Source: Isurus oxyrinchus (lineage: Eukaryota). Taken from it: a DNA stretch of 64,000 nt. The notes beneath the pieces are model-generated. The model searched no databases. It saw only the letters and a list, made by a program, of their open reading frames with translations, and was not told where the DNA came from. The position numbers and the translations under genes are program-made. This document shows positions 11,313 through 23,339 of this stretch, piece by piece (the first letter of the stretch is position 1; each line of letters opens with the position of its first letter). The stretch lies in NCBI GenBank assembly GCA_026770705.1, contig JANJGN010000009.1:163494001-163558000 (forward strand), read 5' to 3'.

Positions 11313-12085
11313 GTGCTACACAAGTGTCAGGCAATGACCATCTCCAACAAGAGAGAATCTAACCATCGCCCCTTGATGTTCAATGGTATTACCATCACTG
11401 GATCCCCCACTATCAGTGTGGAGGCTTACCATTGACCAGAAACTGAACTGGACTAGCCATAGAAATACTGTGGCTACAAGGGCAGGTCAAAGTCGGGGAA
11501 TCCTGCGGCAAGTAACTCACCTCCTGACTCTCCAAAGCTTGTCCACCGTTTACAAGGCACAAGTCAGCAGTGTGATGGAATACTCTCCACTTACCTGGAT
11601 GAGTGCAGCTCCCATTACACTGAAGAAGCTGGACCCCGTCCAGGACAAAGCAGTCCGCTTGATTGGCAGCACATCCACAAACATTCACTCCCTCCACCAC
11701 CGACGCACAGTAGCAGCAGTGTGTACCATCTACAAGATGCACTGCAGGAATTCTCCAAGGCTCCTTAGAAAGCACCTTCCAAACCCACAGCCACTACCGT
11801 CTAGAAGGACAAGGGCAGCAGATAGATTGCAACATCACCACCTGGAAGTTCCCCTCTAAGTAACTCACCATCCTGACTTGGAAATATTTCACCGTTCCTT
11901 AACTGTCACTGGGTCAAAGTCCTGGAAGTCCCTTCCTAACAGCCCTGTGGGTGTAACCACGCCACATGGACAGCAGCAGTTCAAGAAGGCAGCTCAGCAC
12001 CACCTTCTCAAGGGCAATTATTGATGGGCAATAAATGTTGGCCCAGCCAGTGAAGCCCACATCCCATGAATGAATTTTTTAAAAA
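11313..12085 (+). mobile_element. Non-LTR retrotransposon 3' part, CR1/L2-group family with ATGA-repeat tail (copy B ~51226..51998)
   Basis: ORF 11383..11859 TIDQKLNW...YKAQVSSVMEYSPLTW...SLHHRR; ends cccacatcccatgaatgaat. Confidence 0.85.
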
Positions 12086-12494
12086 ATCCAGTGGGGAGAT
12101 GTTATTCCTCAAAGAGATCATGAAGGTTTTCGGCAATATTTTCCCATATCAAACCTATGTTAGTATTTATTTCTCAAGTTTATTCCTTTCAATAATTTCT
12201 ATTACTTGTCATGAATGGAAGTGAAACTAAAGCTCGTGGGGCACCAATGAAGCAGCTTCTGAAAACATCCCAGGCCTTGTCTGCAGGAGTCACACAGGGG
12301 AACTGCTGTAAACCCAATACCAATAAAGAAATGACAGAAATATTGGATATCTCTGCCTCAGTTTTTACAAAGTTTTTCACTTGAGGTTGAAGTTAAAAAT
12401 CATATTAAAGCAGTTGTGATAGAAGGGGAGAAAATAATTGACAAAGTAGCAAAACAGAAGGCAGGATGACCCCAGTAGCAGACAGGACGCCCAC

Positions 12495-12847
12495 TAGGTT
12501 GCCAACCCTCCAGAATTGGCCTGGAGTCTCTAGGAATTGAAGATTAATCTCCAGAACATTGCTGTGCGCAACCCTAGAGAAAAATCATTGGGGCTTTAGA
12601 AAAGATTGTTTTTCTTTTCATTTTCTTTGAATATTTCTCTTTATCAAATATGAAAGTATTGAAAATGGAGGGAAACCATTGTTTGGCTAACAGTCAAGCA
12701 TGATCCAATTGGGTACAGAGTCATTTTGCTTTCCTTTTGCCATAGGAAGGCAGTGCATTGTAAAGATAGATGTGTTGGCCAACTAATGGCCTGACCATGA
12801 GGGTGCGATGAAACCTCCCAGAATGCATTTAATCACTGGCAACCCTA
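12495..12847. mobile_element. hAT-type non-autonomous element inserted in an older MITE (copy B 52408..52760)
   Basis: TIRs TAGGTTGCCA / TGGCAACCCTA; degenerate 8-bp TSD ACGCCCAC / GCACCCAC. Confidence 0.65.
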
Positions 12848-13554
12848 GCACCCACTGAGAGCCAAGCCCAGCAGGCGTCTGGAGATGACCTGAGGCATCC
12901 GTGTGACCTCCTGTTTTAACTCGCAACTGGAGGTGCAGTCATCAGTGGGCAACACCTGGGGTCACTAGCTTTTATAAAAGTGGATACCTCTCCAGAGGGC
13001 GCCTCAAAATGGGGGCACCCTTACATTCCCCTTTCTGCAGCAGCAGTGCCCACCTCTGCCAGTGAAATTGCACCCCTGCCAAGGCTGCAGGCCCTCTAGC
13101 CTGCCCGCCTTCCTCAATCGGATGATAGGCCCGGGTGTTGATCCTTAATTGGCTGCCTCCAGGAAGATCTCTCAGGCAGACACATGGGTTGAGACCCAAA
13201 TATGGTCCCACGTTTTGATTATTTTGAAGGACACAAGATTCTGCCCAAGGTGTGCAGCCCTCTGAGGGCAATTACTTCTGATGTAAAATACTGCCACTCA
13301 CATCTTGTAAAGGAAATTCTTCATTTATTCTCTTACCTATGAGCAGGGAACATGAATTTTAGTCAGGGTGTGTTGTCCTGAATTTTGCAGTTACTTTGGA
13401 GTTCTGAGATTGGTACATCTAGAAAAACTTGAAGTGAACTCATTAGCTTCATGATAAGCTCACCGTATGGACTGGTTCTCTGACTGCTCAGAGGCCTGAT
13501 TTGGTGGTTCTTCAAGGGTTTACTAATGTCTGACTAAAGTATATATTATTGATC

Positions 13555-13755
13555 CAGCTCTACCCCCCACCCCCTTAAACCAGCTTATATTTCACCTCTT
13601 TTCTACTTTTACTTAATTCTGTTGAAGATACATACGGACTCGAAACGTTAACTGTGTTCCTCTCTGCAGATGCTGCCAGACCTGCTGAGTTTTTCCAGGT
13701 ATTTTTATTTTTGTTTTGGATTTCCAGCATCCGCAGTTTTTTGATTTTATATATT
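13555..13755 (+). mobile_element. Penelope pLTR fragment (copy B ~53460..53660)
   Basis: Matches the terminal repeat of the 31-36 kb Penelope element. Confidence 0.8.
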
Positions 13756-14089
13756 ATTCCATGCCAAGTAAAAGAAACTATTTAAAAAGAATTTGTGTTT
13801 GGTTCTCTTGCATTGATATCAATGTGGTTTACATTTGTAGAAGGAAAACAGAAATTACAAAATAACTTTGTAGAACAGAAAATTTAAATTTTCTGTCTAA
13901 TTTCTTGCTTCTTGGAGGTTTTCTTTACATCTGTTGAAATACCTACAGTCATTTCTGTTAAACAGCTGTGAAAATCACCTTAATGTGAACATTAGATTTA
14001 GATCTTTCATTCTCTATTTTTGTTTCAGTGACAATAAGCGAAAATCTTTGTTCCTCATTAATACTGGGAATACATATTATTCAACATTT

Positions 14090-14826
14090 TTATTCATTCA
14101 TGGGATGTGGGCATCGCTGGCTGGGCCAGCATTTATTGTCCATCCGTAATTGCCCTTGAGAAGGTGGTGGTGAGCTGTCTTCTTGAACCACGGCAGTAGT
14201 GTGGGTACACCCACAGGAGAGAGGTTCCAGGATTTTGACCCAGCGACAGTGAAGGAATAGCGATATATTCCAAGTCAGGATGGTGAGTGACTTGGAGGGA
14301 AGCTTCCAGGTGTTGCTGTTCCTATGTATCTGCTGCCCTTGTCATTCAATATGGTGATGGTCAAGGGTTTGGAAGGTGCTGTCTAAGGAACCTTGGGGAG
14401 TTCCTGCAGTACATCTTGTAGATGGTACTCTGCATTGCCGATGGAGGGAATGGATGTTTTTGGATGAGGTGCTAATCAAGCGGAGCTGCTTTGTCCTGGA
14501 TGGTATTGAGCTTCTTGAGTGTTGTTGGAGCTGCCCTCATCCAGGTAAGTGGAGTGTATTCCATCACACTCCTGACCTGTAACTTGTAGATGGTGGACAG
14601 GCTTTGGGGGAGTCAGGTGAGTTACTCGCTGCAGGATTCCCTGTCTTTGATCTGCTCTTATAGCCACAGTACTTATATGGTAAGTCCAGATCAGTTTCTA
14701 GTAACCCCCCCAGACTGGTAGTGGGGGATTCAGCGATGGTAATGCAATTAAATGTCAAGGGCTGTTATTAGGGATGGGCAATAAACGATGGCCTAAACAG
14801 TGACACCCACATCCCATGAATGAATT
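14090..14826 (-). mobile_element. ATGA-tailed LINE 3' part with a second, inverted 3' tail (copy B ~53997..54732)
   Basis: Reverse complement of the 11313..12085 family, followed by a plus-strand 3' tail at 14756..14826. Confidence 0.8.
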
Positions 14827-14919
14827 AAAGAGAAATAATGTCCAGTATGACTTTGACTGAAGTGGAATATTTCCTGATGTTGCAGCTGAAGCAGCTTTAG
14901 TTATTAAGATAAACTAAAA

Positions 14920-15636
14920 GGGCAGGATTTTCCTGTGGGCTTCAGCATCCCAATGTCGGGATCAAATGGAGCTCCCAAGCTGGCACTCATCCCGAGTGAG
15001 ATGGAGGTGCAATCTTCCCAGAGGCAGCCTGCTGATTTGCTGCCTCTGTGTTTGCTGTTCTATTAAGGGTGGTCGGCGTCGCCTGGTGCTCCAGGCTCAG
15101 TCAAAGGGCTGCCAGTTCTAGAGCCTCAGTAACTCTACTGGGAGAGGGAGGTGCTACTGAGGCATTTCGGGCCCGTGAGGGTATCTCAATGTGGAGGCAC
15201 CCTCGCAGGTGAAAATTTAAAGGATGATTTCAGAGGGACTAAGCTGGTGGGCTCCTTGGAGAGGAGGGGAGACCCTTCTGGTGGAAGTGTCTGGGCCGCG
15301 GGTGCAGTCTTTCCTTGGGCCTCCAGCTCGGATGAATCCCCATCTTGTCAGCCGGGAGGCTGCCTCATCGAGTTGGGGTCACCTGCGCATGGTGAGGGTC
15401 CGCTCCGTTACCGACAAAATGCTGGTAGTGCCACAAAATCACCCGTAATTGGGGCCTTAACTATGTAATTGCCTCCCTGCCTCGGCTCTGTGGGCAGCTG
15501 TCCCTTGTCTCAGTCTGTCCCTGGGGAAACTTCCTGGCAGCAGGAATGCATCGCGTGTTGCCCTGATGTGCCATTCCCTATTTTCCTGGCTCCTCGGCCT
15601 CCAAGACCATCATAACAAGGCTGGAAAATTCAGTCC
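14920..15636. mobile_element. PIF/Harbinger-type MITE (copy B 54826..55542)
   Basis: TIRs GGGCAGGATTTTCC / GGAAAATTCAGTCC; AAA on both sides. Confidence 0.7.
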
Positions 15637-16429
15637 AAAGGGTTGGGCCAACTTAGTTTAGGGAAGTGTAGGGTAAGAGGTAATGTGATAGAGCTGTATA
15701 GAATAATGAAAGGCTGGATTCTGTGCTTATTGATAGAATTATTTCTGTTTGATAGATTGGAGCATCAAACATGTGTTTAAATTATTCTGCAGTAAGGACA
15801 GGCTAGATGTTGGACGATAATTCTTTTCCTAGAGAGTAGTGTGTCTAAGGTGTGGTGGATGCTGACTCTCTGAATGCTATTAAGAAGGAGCTGGATTCTT
15901 AGCTGGGGTAGATTTTGCATCACAGAGAAACTAAGTAGGGTTAACAGTTAACACACACAGTCAGTTTGAACACTGAGGTTCTGCAAAGGGGTTTCAACGA
16001 GCTGAATTCTAGGTTAAGGAGTAAAAAATCCAACACGATCGGAATTCGGAATTTCTCCCATTTTCACAAACTGGACCAGTCAGGAATGGCAAGATTAGAA
16101 TTGTCAATGTCTGTCTGGAAAGATGATGTAGCAAGCAGGGTTTCAAATTCTTGGGACAGTAGAACCACTTTCAAAGCTAGGGATGGCTGTGAAATGTAAT
16201 GGCTTTCATGTAAACCAGAGAAACGCCCACATCCTTGTGAAAAGTGTGAAAGGGCAATGGGGGAAGATTTAAGCTGGTTAGGGTGATGTGTAAAAAGGAA
16301 AATTCACAATATTAGTCAAAAACATGAGAGAAAAAGAACAGCAGTCTAAATGAGCAGATGTGAAAGATAACTCAGATAAAGTGTCAGTAGTGGTTTATAT
16401 ATTGTATTCACACTTCTAAGTCTAAAATT

Positions 16430-16810
16430 CAAACCACATATAATCTAGCGAATCACACATTCTTCAGTGAAGTACTGAGGGAGTGCTAAATGATCAGGGG
16501 TACAGTCATTCAGATGGGAAGTTGAACCGAGGCCCTGTCTGCCCTCTCAGGTGGATGTAGAGGATCCCATGACACTATTTGAAGAAGAGGAGGGGAATTC
16601 TCTTGGTATCCTGGCCAATATTGCCACCATTATCACTAATAACAAATAATCTGCTCATCAACAAATTGTTGAGAGTGTGTGTGCAAATTGGCTGCTGCAT
16701 TTGTACATTGCAATAGAGACTGTGTTGCAAAAGTAAATCATCAATTGTTTTGTGCTTTTGGACATCCTTAGGTCATGAAAGGTGCCAAATAAATGCAAGT
16801 TCTTTTTCAT
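16430..16810 (+). mobile_element. Deu-domain SINE (copy B ~56336..56716)
   Basis: Deu core aaccgaggccctgtctgccctctcaggtggatgta...gatcccatgacactatttgaagaagag. Confidence 0.75.
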
Positions 16811-16819
16811 TCATATTTA

Positions 16820-17632
16820 ATCTTGTAGTTGGTACATGCTGCTACCACCGTGCAAGGTAGTGGTGGGTGGTGGGGTGGGGGAGAATATTTAAGGTGGTGG
16901 ATGGGGTGCCTATCAAGGGGATTGCTTTGTCTTGGATGGTGTTGAGCTTCTTGAGTGTGAGCTGCACTCATTCAGGCAAGCGGAGGGTATTCCACCACAC
17001 TCCTGACTTGTGCCTTGCAGATGACGGACACATTTTGAGGAGAAAGGAGGTGAGTTACTCACCATCGAAATCCCAGCCTTTGATCAGCTCATGTAGCCAC
17101 AGTTTTTATATGGCTGGTCCAGTCAAGCTTCTGGTCAATATTAACCTTCAGATATTGATGGTTGGGGATTCAATGGTGGAATTGATGTTGATTATCAGGA
17201 GGAAATTGCTTGATTCTCTTGTTGGGGATGGACATTGCCTGGTACTTATGTAGTCGGAATGTTATTTTCCACTATCAGCCAAACCTAAATATTGTCCAGG
17301 TCTTGCTGCATGTAGGCAAAGACTGCTTCAGCATCTGTGGAGTCGCGATTGGTACTGAAAATTGTACAATAGTCAGTGAACATCCCCACTTCTGACCTTA
17401 TGCTGGAGTGAAAGTCATTGATGAAGCAGCTGAAGATGGTTGGGCCTAGGACTTTACCCTGAGGATCTCCTGCAGTGATATCCTGGAACTGAGATGATTG
17501 GCCTCCAACAACCACAACCATCTTCCTTTGTGCTGGGTATGAATCCAGCCCGCAGAGAGTTTTCCCCCTGATTCCCATTGACTCCAGTTTTACTCGGGGT
17601 CCTTGATGCCACACCCGGTCGAAAGCTGCCAG
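16820..17632 (-). mobile_element. ATGA-family LINE RT fragment (copy B ~56726..57538)
   Basis: AAFDRVWHQG...PQGKVLGPTIFSCFIND...MFTDYC (decayed FADD). Confidence 0.85.
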
Positions 17633-18560
17633 CAACAACTTGATTTTATGTAGCATCTTTAACGTGGTTAAGAGGGTCCATGGCACATCACAGGAGCATT
17701 GTCAAATAACATTTGACACTGGGACACATAAGGAGATATCAGGACACATGACCAAAGGCTTCGCCAATGAGGCAGGTTTTAAGGAGCATTTTAAAGGAGG
17801 AGAGAGAGGTAGACGGGCAGAGAAGTTCAGGGAGGGAATTCAAGAGCTTAGGGTCTCTGCAGTTAAAAGTTCAGCAACCAATTCTGCAGTGATTACAATT
17901 GGAGATGTGCAAGAGGACAGACTTAAAGGAGCTGGAGGGCTGGAGGAGAATGCAGAGATAGGGGGAGATGGAGTCATGTAGGATTTTAAAGCAAAGATGA
18001 GAATGTTAAAATTGATGTGTTGTTTAAATGGGAGCCAATATAAATCAGCGAGCACAGGGGTAAATGGGACTTTGTGCACATTAAGATAAGGTCAGCCGCG
18101 ATTCGGATGACCTCAAGTTTACGGAGATTGAACATGGGAGGGTGACCAGGAGGGCATTAGAACAGTCGTGTAGAGATTGAAAAAGGCATAGATGAGGGTT
18201 TTAGCAGCAGATGAGCTGAGACAGGGGCAGAGTGGGGTGATGTTACGGAGGTGGAAAAAGGTGATCTTAGTGATAGCATGGATATATAGTCAGAAGCTCA
18301 TCTTGGGTTGAAGTATGACACCAAGTTTGTGAACTGCCTGGTTTAGCCTGAGACAGATGCTAGGGAGTGAGATGGAGTCAGTGTCTAGGGAATGGAATAT
18401 GTGGCAGGGACAAACAGCAATAGCTTTGGCTGTCTCGATATTTAGCTGGAGGAAATTTCTGTTCAGGTTGTACTGGGACATGCAGCCTGACAGTTTAGAG
18501 ACAGTGGAGGGATTGAGAGAGCTGGTGGTGAGGTAGAGATATGGGTCAGGTGGAACAATA
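17632..18560 (-). mobile_element. L2 LINE 3' fragment (copy B ~57538..58466)
   Basis: TPVLADLYWLPFKQHINFNIL and NFLQLNIETAKAI motifs; L2-like tail cagcaacaacttgattttatgtagc. Confidence 0.75.
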
Positions 18561-19319
18561 CCACTGGCATTTCTCATACAAGATTTGGAAAATAACTAAT
18601 AGGAGATAAAATATGCATGTCTGTTTGCACTCCTTGTTAATAGATAGCCATTTAAAAAAATCCTGAGTTATATTCAGCCTCACATCTGTCTCACTCCTAT
18701 TAAGCCCCTGATCATAAGCATGCTGATTATTGCACTGCCACTGCAAGCTTTTAAGCATAAATGAAGTGGTTGAAGGACTTCCTGGCACCGAGGAGCAGAG
18801 AATAGTACATGAGCTTTGACTTCTACAGAGATACACCAGTGAAATGGTATCAAAACTCCAAGGAACTAGCTCTCCCTTTCCAGTATAAATTGCATGGCAC
18901 AGAGCACACCTCTGAGACACGTTTAAATATAAACAGACAGACATACATTGTGGTGTCGTCATGCTCATTAGTCATTCAATACAACCAGAGGAACAGAAAA
19001 AAATCTTACAACTGCGATTTTGAAACAGGTTTTCTCTTGACTCAACCCTTTCAGCTTCTATTTTTAAACCTCTTACCACTTCTGAATGGGAAGTTGGTGG
19101 TTCAACCACGTGGTCCAATTTACTACATCACCGGAATGCTGAACTATTCACGTTCCTTTCCCCAAAGCCACCTGTAATCCTTTTATAGGCATTAAAGTCA
19201 GCGCAGTAATTTAATAACAGATCTTTTAAAAGACAGTTGTTCATCAAATATCTCTTTATTTTTAGCAACATAATGCAAAACTAATCATGGGGCTGGTATT
19301 ACATTTTAAACAAAACAAA

Positions 19320-19682
19320 TAACTTTCACCACCCCAGGAGGTCCCAAAGTACTTTACAGCCAGTGAAGTAATGGAGGAAACTTAGCAGCCAGTTTGCACA
19401 TAGCAAGCTCCCATCAAAAGCTATGAAATAAATGACCAGATCGTCTGCATTTTTAGATATTGGTTTCGGGAGAACTCCTTTGAAAAGTGTGGTGGGATTT
19501 CTTTTCCTCTCCACCTTAGAAGGCAGGCAGCAGGGCTTCATCTCATCAAAAGATGGCACCTACGGACAGTGCAGCATGCCCTCAATACTGCCAGCCTGGA
19601 CTGCGCACTCAAGTTACTGGATTGTGACTTGAATTCACAAACGTTCTGACTCAGAGGTGAGAGTGTTACATACTGAGCCAAG
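19320..19682 (-). mobile_element. Deu-domain SINE (copy B ~59228..59590)
   Basis: Reverse complement of the SINE head, core and tail. Confidence 0.65.
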
Positions 19683-19935
19683 ACTGAGATGCGGAGAAAC
19701 TTCTTTAGCCAGAGAGTGGTGAATCTATGGAATTCATTGCCACAGAAGGCTGTGGAGGCCAGGTCATTGAGTGTATTTAAGATGGAGGTAGATAGGTTCT
19801 TGATTGGTAAGGGGGATCAAAGGTTACATGGAGAAGGCGGGAGAATGGGGCTGAGAAACTTATCAGCCATGATTGAATGGTGGAGCAGGCTCGATGGGTC
19901 GAATGGCCTAATTTCTGCTCCTTTGTCTTATTGTC
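19683..19935 (+). mobile_element. CR1 LINE 3' end (copy B ~59591..59842)
   Basis: MRRNFFSQRVVNLWNSLPQKAVEA; tail gatgggtcgaatggcctaatttctgctcct. Confidence 0.85.
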
Positions 19936-19944
19936 TTCCGGACT

Positions 19945-20523
19945 GACATATTGACGAAATCATTCTCAATAACTGTCCTGTACATGTCATTCCTATGACC
20001 TGTCAACGGCCTATTAAGGTCATTAAAAAACTGATTGAGGTTATTAATGAACCTGCCCGTCCATGAAACCTCGGGTGGGATGATGTTTCATGAGGGATTT
20101 AAAAATCTAAGAATATTTCAAAATAAAAGTTATGAACATGTCCCAACTCTTGTGTTGGTGTCACATGGGGGGACATTGTAGTGAAATTTATTTCTCAGCT
20201 TTGTTTAAAGTTTAACATCTGAGCCGATCTCCCTGAGGCAGCACTTTTCCTCAGGGAGATCTGTGCACTCCTTCGCACACTCCTGGCTGAGGGAATTCCC
20301 CCCTTCACCAAAACCCCACCCCCCCCCACCCACCCACCCCCCCCCCCCCCCCCCCCCCACATAGGGAGCGCATTGCACTTCCTGGCGGACATCACGCTGG
20401 GCGGGCCTTAATTGGCCTATCCACGTAAAATGGCAGCGAGCCCCGACCAGGGGTGCCAATCAGGAACCTGCCCACCTGTGCCCACTCCCACACATCCACC
20501 TGGCGGGAGGAAAATGTTGCCCC
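19945..20523. mobile_element. 5'-truncated MITE related to 6007..6695 (copy B ~59852..60421)
   Basis: Shared internal motifs (cctattaagg, ctccctgaggcagc) and right TIR aaaatgttgccc. Confidence 0.55.
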
Positions 20524-20581
20524 TAGGAATTTTTAGGTTGCATCAAACAGAAAGCATGTAAATATTCAACCCGAAAAAAAC

Positions 20582-20905
20582 TTATTTTATTCATTCTTGG
20601 GTTGTGGGGGCCATTGGCAAGACCCTGTTGTCCATCCCTTACTGTCCTTGAGAAGATGGTGGTGAGTTGCCTTCTTGAGCCGCTGCTGTCCTTGTTAGGG
20701 TGTTAGGTGTTGGGGAGAGAGGTCGGATTACTGACCCAGTGAAAATGAAGGAACAGCATTATGGTTTCTGGTCAGGATACTGAGTAACTTGGAGAGAAAC
20801 TTGCACATGGTGGTGTTCCCACACATCTGTTATCTTTATTCTACTAGATGGTAGAATTCAAGTGTTTGGAAGGTGCTGTCGAAGGAGCCTTGGTGAATTG
20901 CTATT
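20582..20905 (-). mobile_element. ATGA-family LINE 3' end (copy B ~60480..60803)
   Basis: Similar to 14090..14400. Confidence 0.7.
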
Positions 20906-21173
20906 ACCTCAGACTACTTTTAAAGCATTTAAATTAGACAAAGGCTAGCTCCATTTACAATGTAATAAACTCGCATTCAGCTAATACTCAGGCCTATAAC
21001 AAAAACCTATTTTCAGTTTTAATGATTTGGACACTCTCTAAGTTCTCACTTTATTTGTTTGAAGATACAGGTCTGGCAATACGGCAGAGGAGGAGTTGGC
21101 AAGGGCAGCGGAAGCAGAGGTGGTGGTGGAGTTGGCAATAGCAGTGGAGTTGACTGAGGAAGAGGCAAGAGTG

Positions 21174-21416
21174 GAGGAGGTTGAGGTGGAGGTGATGACT
21201 GAGGAGGCTGAGGTGGAGTCATTGGCTGAGGAGGCTGAGGTGGAGTCAGTGACTGAGGAGGTTGAGGTGGAGGCAGTGACTGAGAAGGTTGAGGTGGAGT
21301 CATTGGCTGAGGAGGCTGAGGTGGAGGTGGTGACTGAGGAGGTTGAGGTGGAGGCAGTGACTGAGGAGGCTGAGGTGGAGGCAGTGACTGAGGAGGCTGA
21401 GGTGGAGGTGGTTGCC
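21174..21416. repeat. 27-bp minisatellite, 9 units
   Basis: Consensus GAGGAGGCTGAGGTGGAGGCAGTGACT. Confidence 0.92.
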
Positions 21417-22514
21417 GAGGCGATGGAGGTAGTGAATGTGGGGGTGGAGGAGGAGACATCAGCAGCGGCAGCAGCAGAGACAGTGACTGAGGCTGAGGAG
21501 GGGGAGGCAGCGGCTGTGACAGTGACAGAGGGAGAAGCAGCGAAGGCGGCAGCAGCAAAGGCTGAGGCCACAGTGAGGGAGGCTGTGGAGAGGGAGCTGG
21601 AGGTGGGGCAGAGGCAGCGAGGAGACGGTACGAGACCAGGAGCAGCAACAAAACCTGCCTTGTGGTTTGTGAGGCTCAGGGCAATGGCGACTGAGAGTTG
21701 ATATCTTCCATGTGCCATGTGTGTGTCTCCGAGTCAGCGCACCGGACCACACTGCTTCTGCCCGATTAGGGCGCTTCAGTGGAGTCCGACACCAGTCCAG
21801 TGCCACCCAGCTCCCATTCCCGAGGACAGGTGATGGAACCTGCCCAGTGCCAGGATGAGCTGCTTGGTAAGATCGGGAGGTGGGAAGTAGAGAAGGCAGC
21901 CGACCAGGAAAAGCTGGAGGATATCTCCAGGATTACTGACTGTCTCCAAGAAGAAACTCTTGTAGCCTTCAGGCAGGGTATATATATGTTTATATAGCTG
22001 CAATTTAAAGTTACCTGCCACATCCCTTTTAACACTTTCTAATGCAGCATCGCTCTGATCAGAATCAGATTTATTGGGGTTGTGCAAATGTCTCCCCAGC
22101 CTCTGATATAACAATAAAAAGCTGCTTTTTCCTTTCCAGTTGCAGTAAGAGGAATGTCCCAGTCTCTCAATGTGACAGGGCAGCCCAGGACTATGTCTCT
22201 CAGTGCAACACCCAGGAACACACACAGTGCAGCCCCCACATTGATTGTTCCAGTTGGTGGAGGGGCGGAAAGTGTGCATGTGGGAAGATATTGATTCTCA
22301 CAACATTTCCATGGCTTTAACTCAGATTATTCTGAGTGTTTTGCCTGGAGTCAATTACAAGCAGCGTAGACAATGTCTGTGTTTTAATTGTGTCTGGCTG
22401 TCCTCGTTTTTCACAAGAAAATATGTGCAGATTTTGTTCAACTTTTATTCTGAGTGTTTTTTCTGAGTTTATGGAGATGTAACCTCATATCAATTTAATT
22501 CAGAGCACCTTCAT

Positions 22515-22590
22515 ACACTCGCACACACCCACACACACACACAAATATCCTCAATCACCCACACACCCACACACATACACACACACACAA
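22515..22590. repeat. Imperfect (CA)n microsatellite
   Basis: Interrupted cacacaca runs. Confidence 0.8.
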
Positions 22591-23339
22591 ACATGGGAAT
22601 GCGTGATTTCAGTTCATTATTGACATTCTTGATCCTCATTTGGCCCTGCAATATATAAGTGCACCAGCAATAAACACCAACAGATAAATGGGAAAAGTAA
22701 CCAGTTTGGACGAGTACTACTTACATCACCAGTATTTCTGGCTGTTCCTACTGGGCGACCGGTAATACCGGTGATATTGACAGTTTTACTGGTCCTACCT
22801 AGTTCAGAACTGGTCTTCATTTACCAGTTTGGAATTAGGATCTACTGGTGCCGGTATTACAGGGACTTCCTTCTGGGAATGACAATAAATGAATGTGCTT
22901 CTCAACTCACTGCATTGTCAACCTGAGGTCCATTGCTTTAGACATGTAAGAGTGAAGACTTTACCCATGTGGAACAGATTGCCTTTAGAGGCCTGAGTTT
23001 CTTTCCGGTTTCAATGGTTGAAAACTTTTTGTTGTGTACAGAATGGTGAGGGTGGATGTTCAATCCCAAATGAACATAATTCAGTTTCAGCGCAATTCAT
23101 TAACTCCACAAATAATTTAACAATTGATGACCAACGTAAATAGAATTAAACTGAAAAAAATGTTTTCAAAGCTGTTGCACCTTGTCATGTAGATGGTGGC
23201 TTGAAACCACAAGAAAAATGTGCTGCTATTGTTAGGATTGAGGTGTGACAGAAAGCTGTGAATGTACAACAGGTGTTAGTCACAAAATGAAGGGTTGTGT
23301 TTGCAAATGCGAGAAGAAGAAGAACTGCATTGTTACAGG

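Larger units (their letters stand above)
1..22231 (+). repeat. Tandem segmental duplication, copy A (partial; paralogous to 39862..64000)
   Basis: Colinear near-identity with 39862..64000. The offset is 39861 at the window start and 41769 at the end. The ORF track shows paired near-identical ORFs (139..600 vs 40000..40461; 8646..8954 vs 48486..48794). Confidence 0.97.

Noticed and set aside
21038-21718. Long Pro-rich, Ser/Thr-rich and Glu-rich ORFs on both strands (also 61618..63487), resembling mucin or extensin
   Set aside because: They are translations of a 27-bp minisatellite that is open in several frames at once. There is no convincing gene structure, and copy B has an in-frame TAG in the Glu-rich frame.
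22141-22260. Cys-rich frame CDRAAQDYVSQCNTQEHTQCSPHIDC resembling a TNFR repeat
   Set aside because: The Cys spacing does not fit a full TNFR cysteine-rich domain and there are no companion exons.
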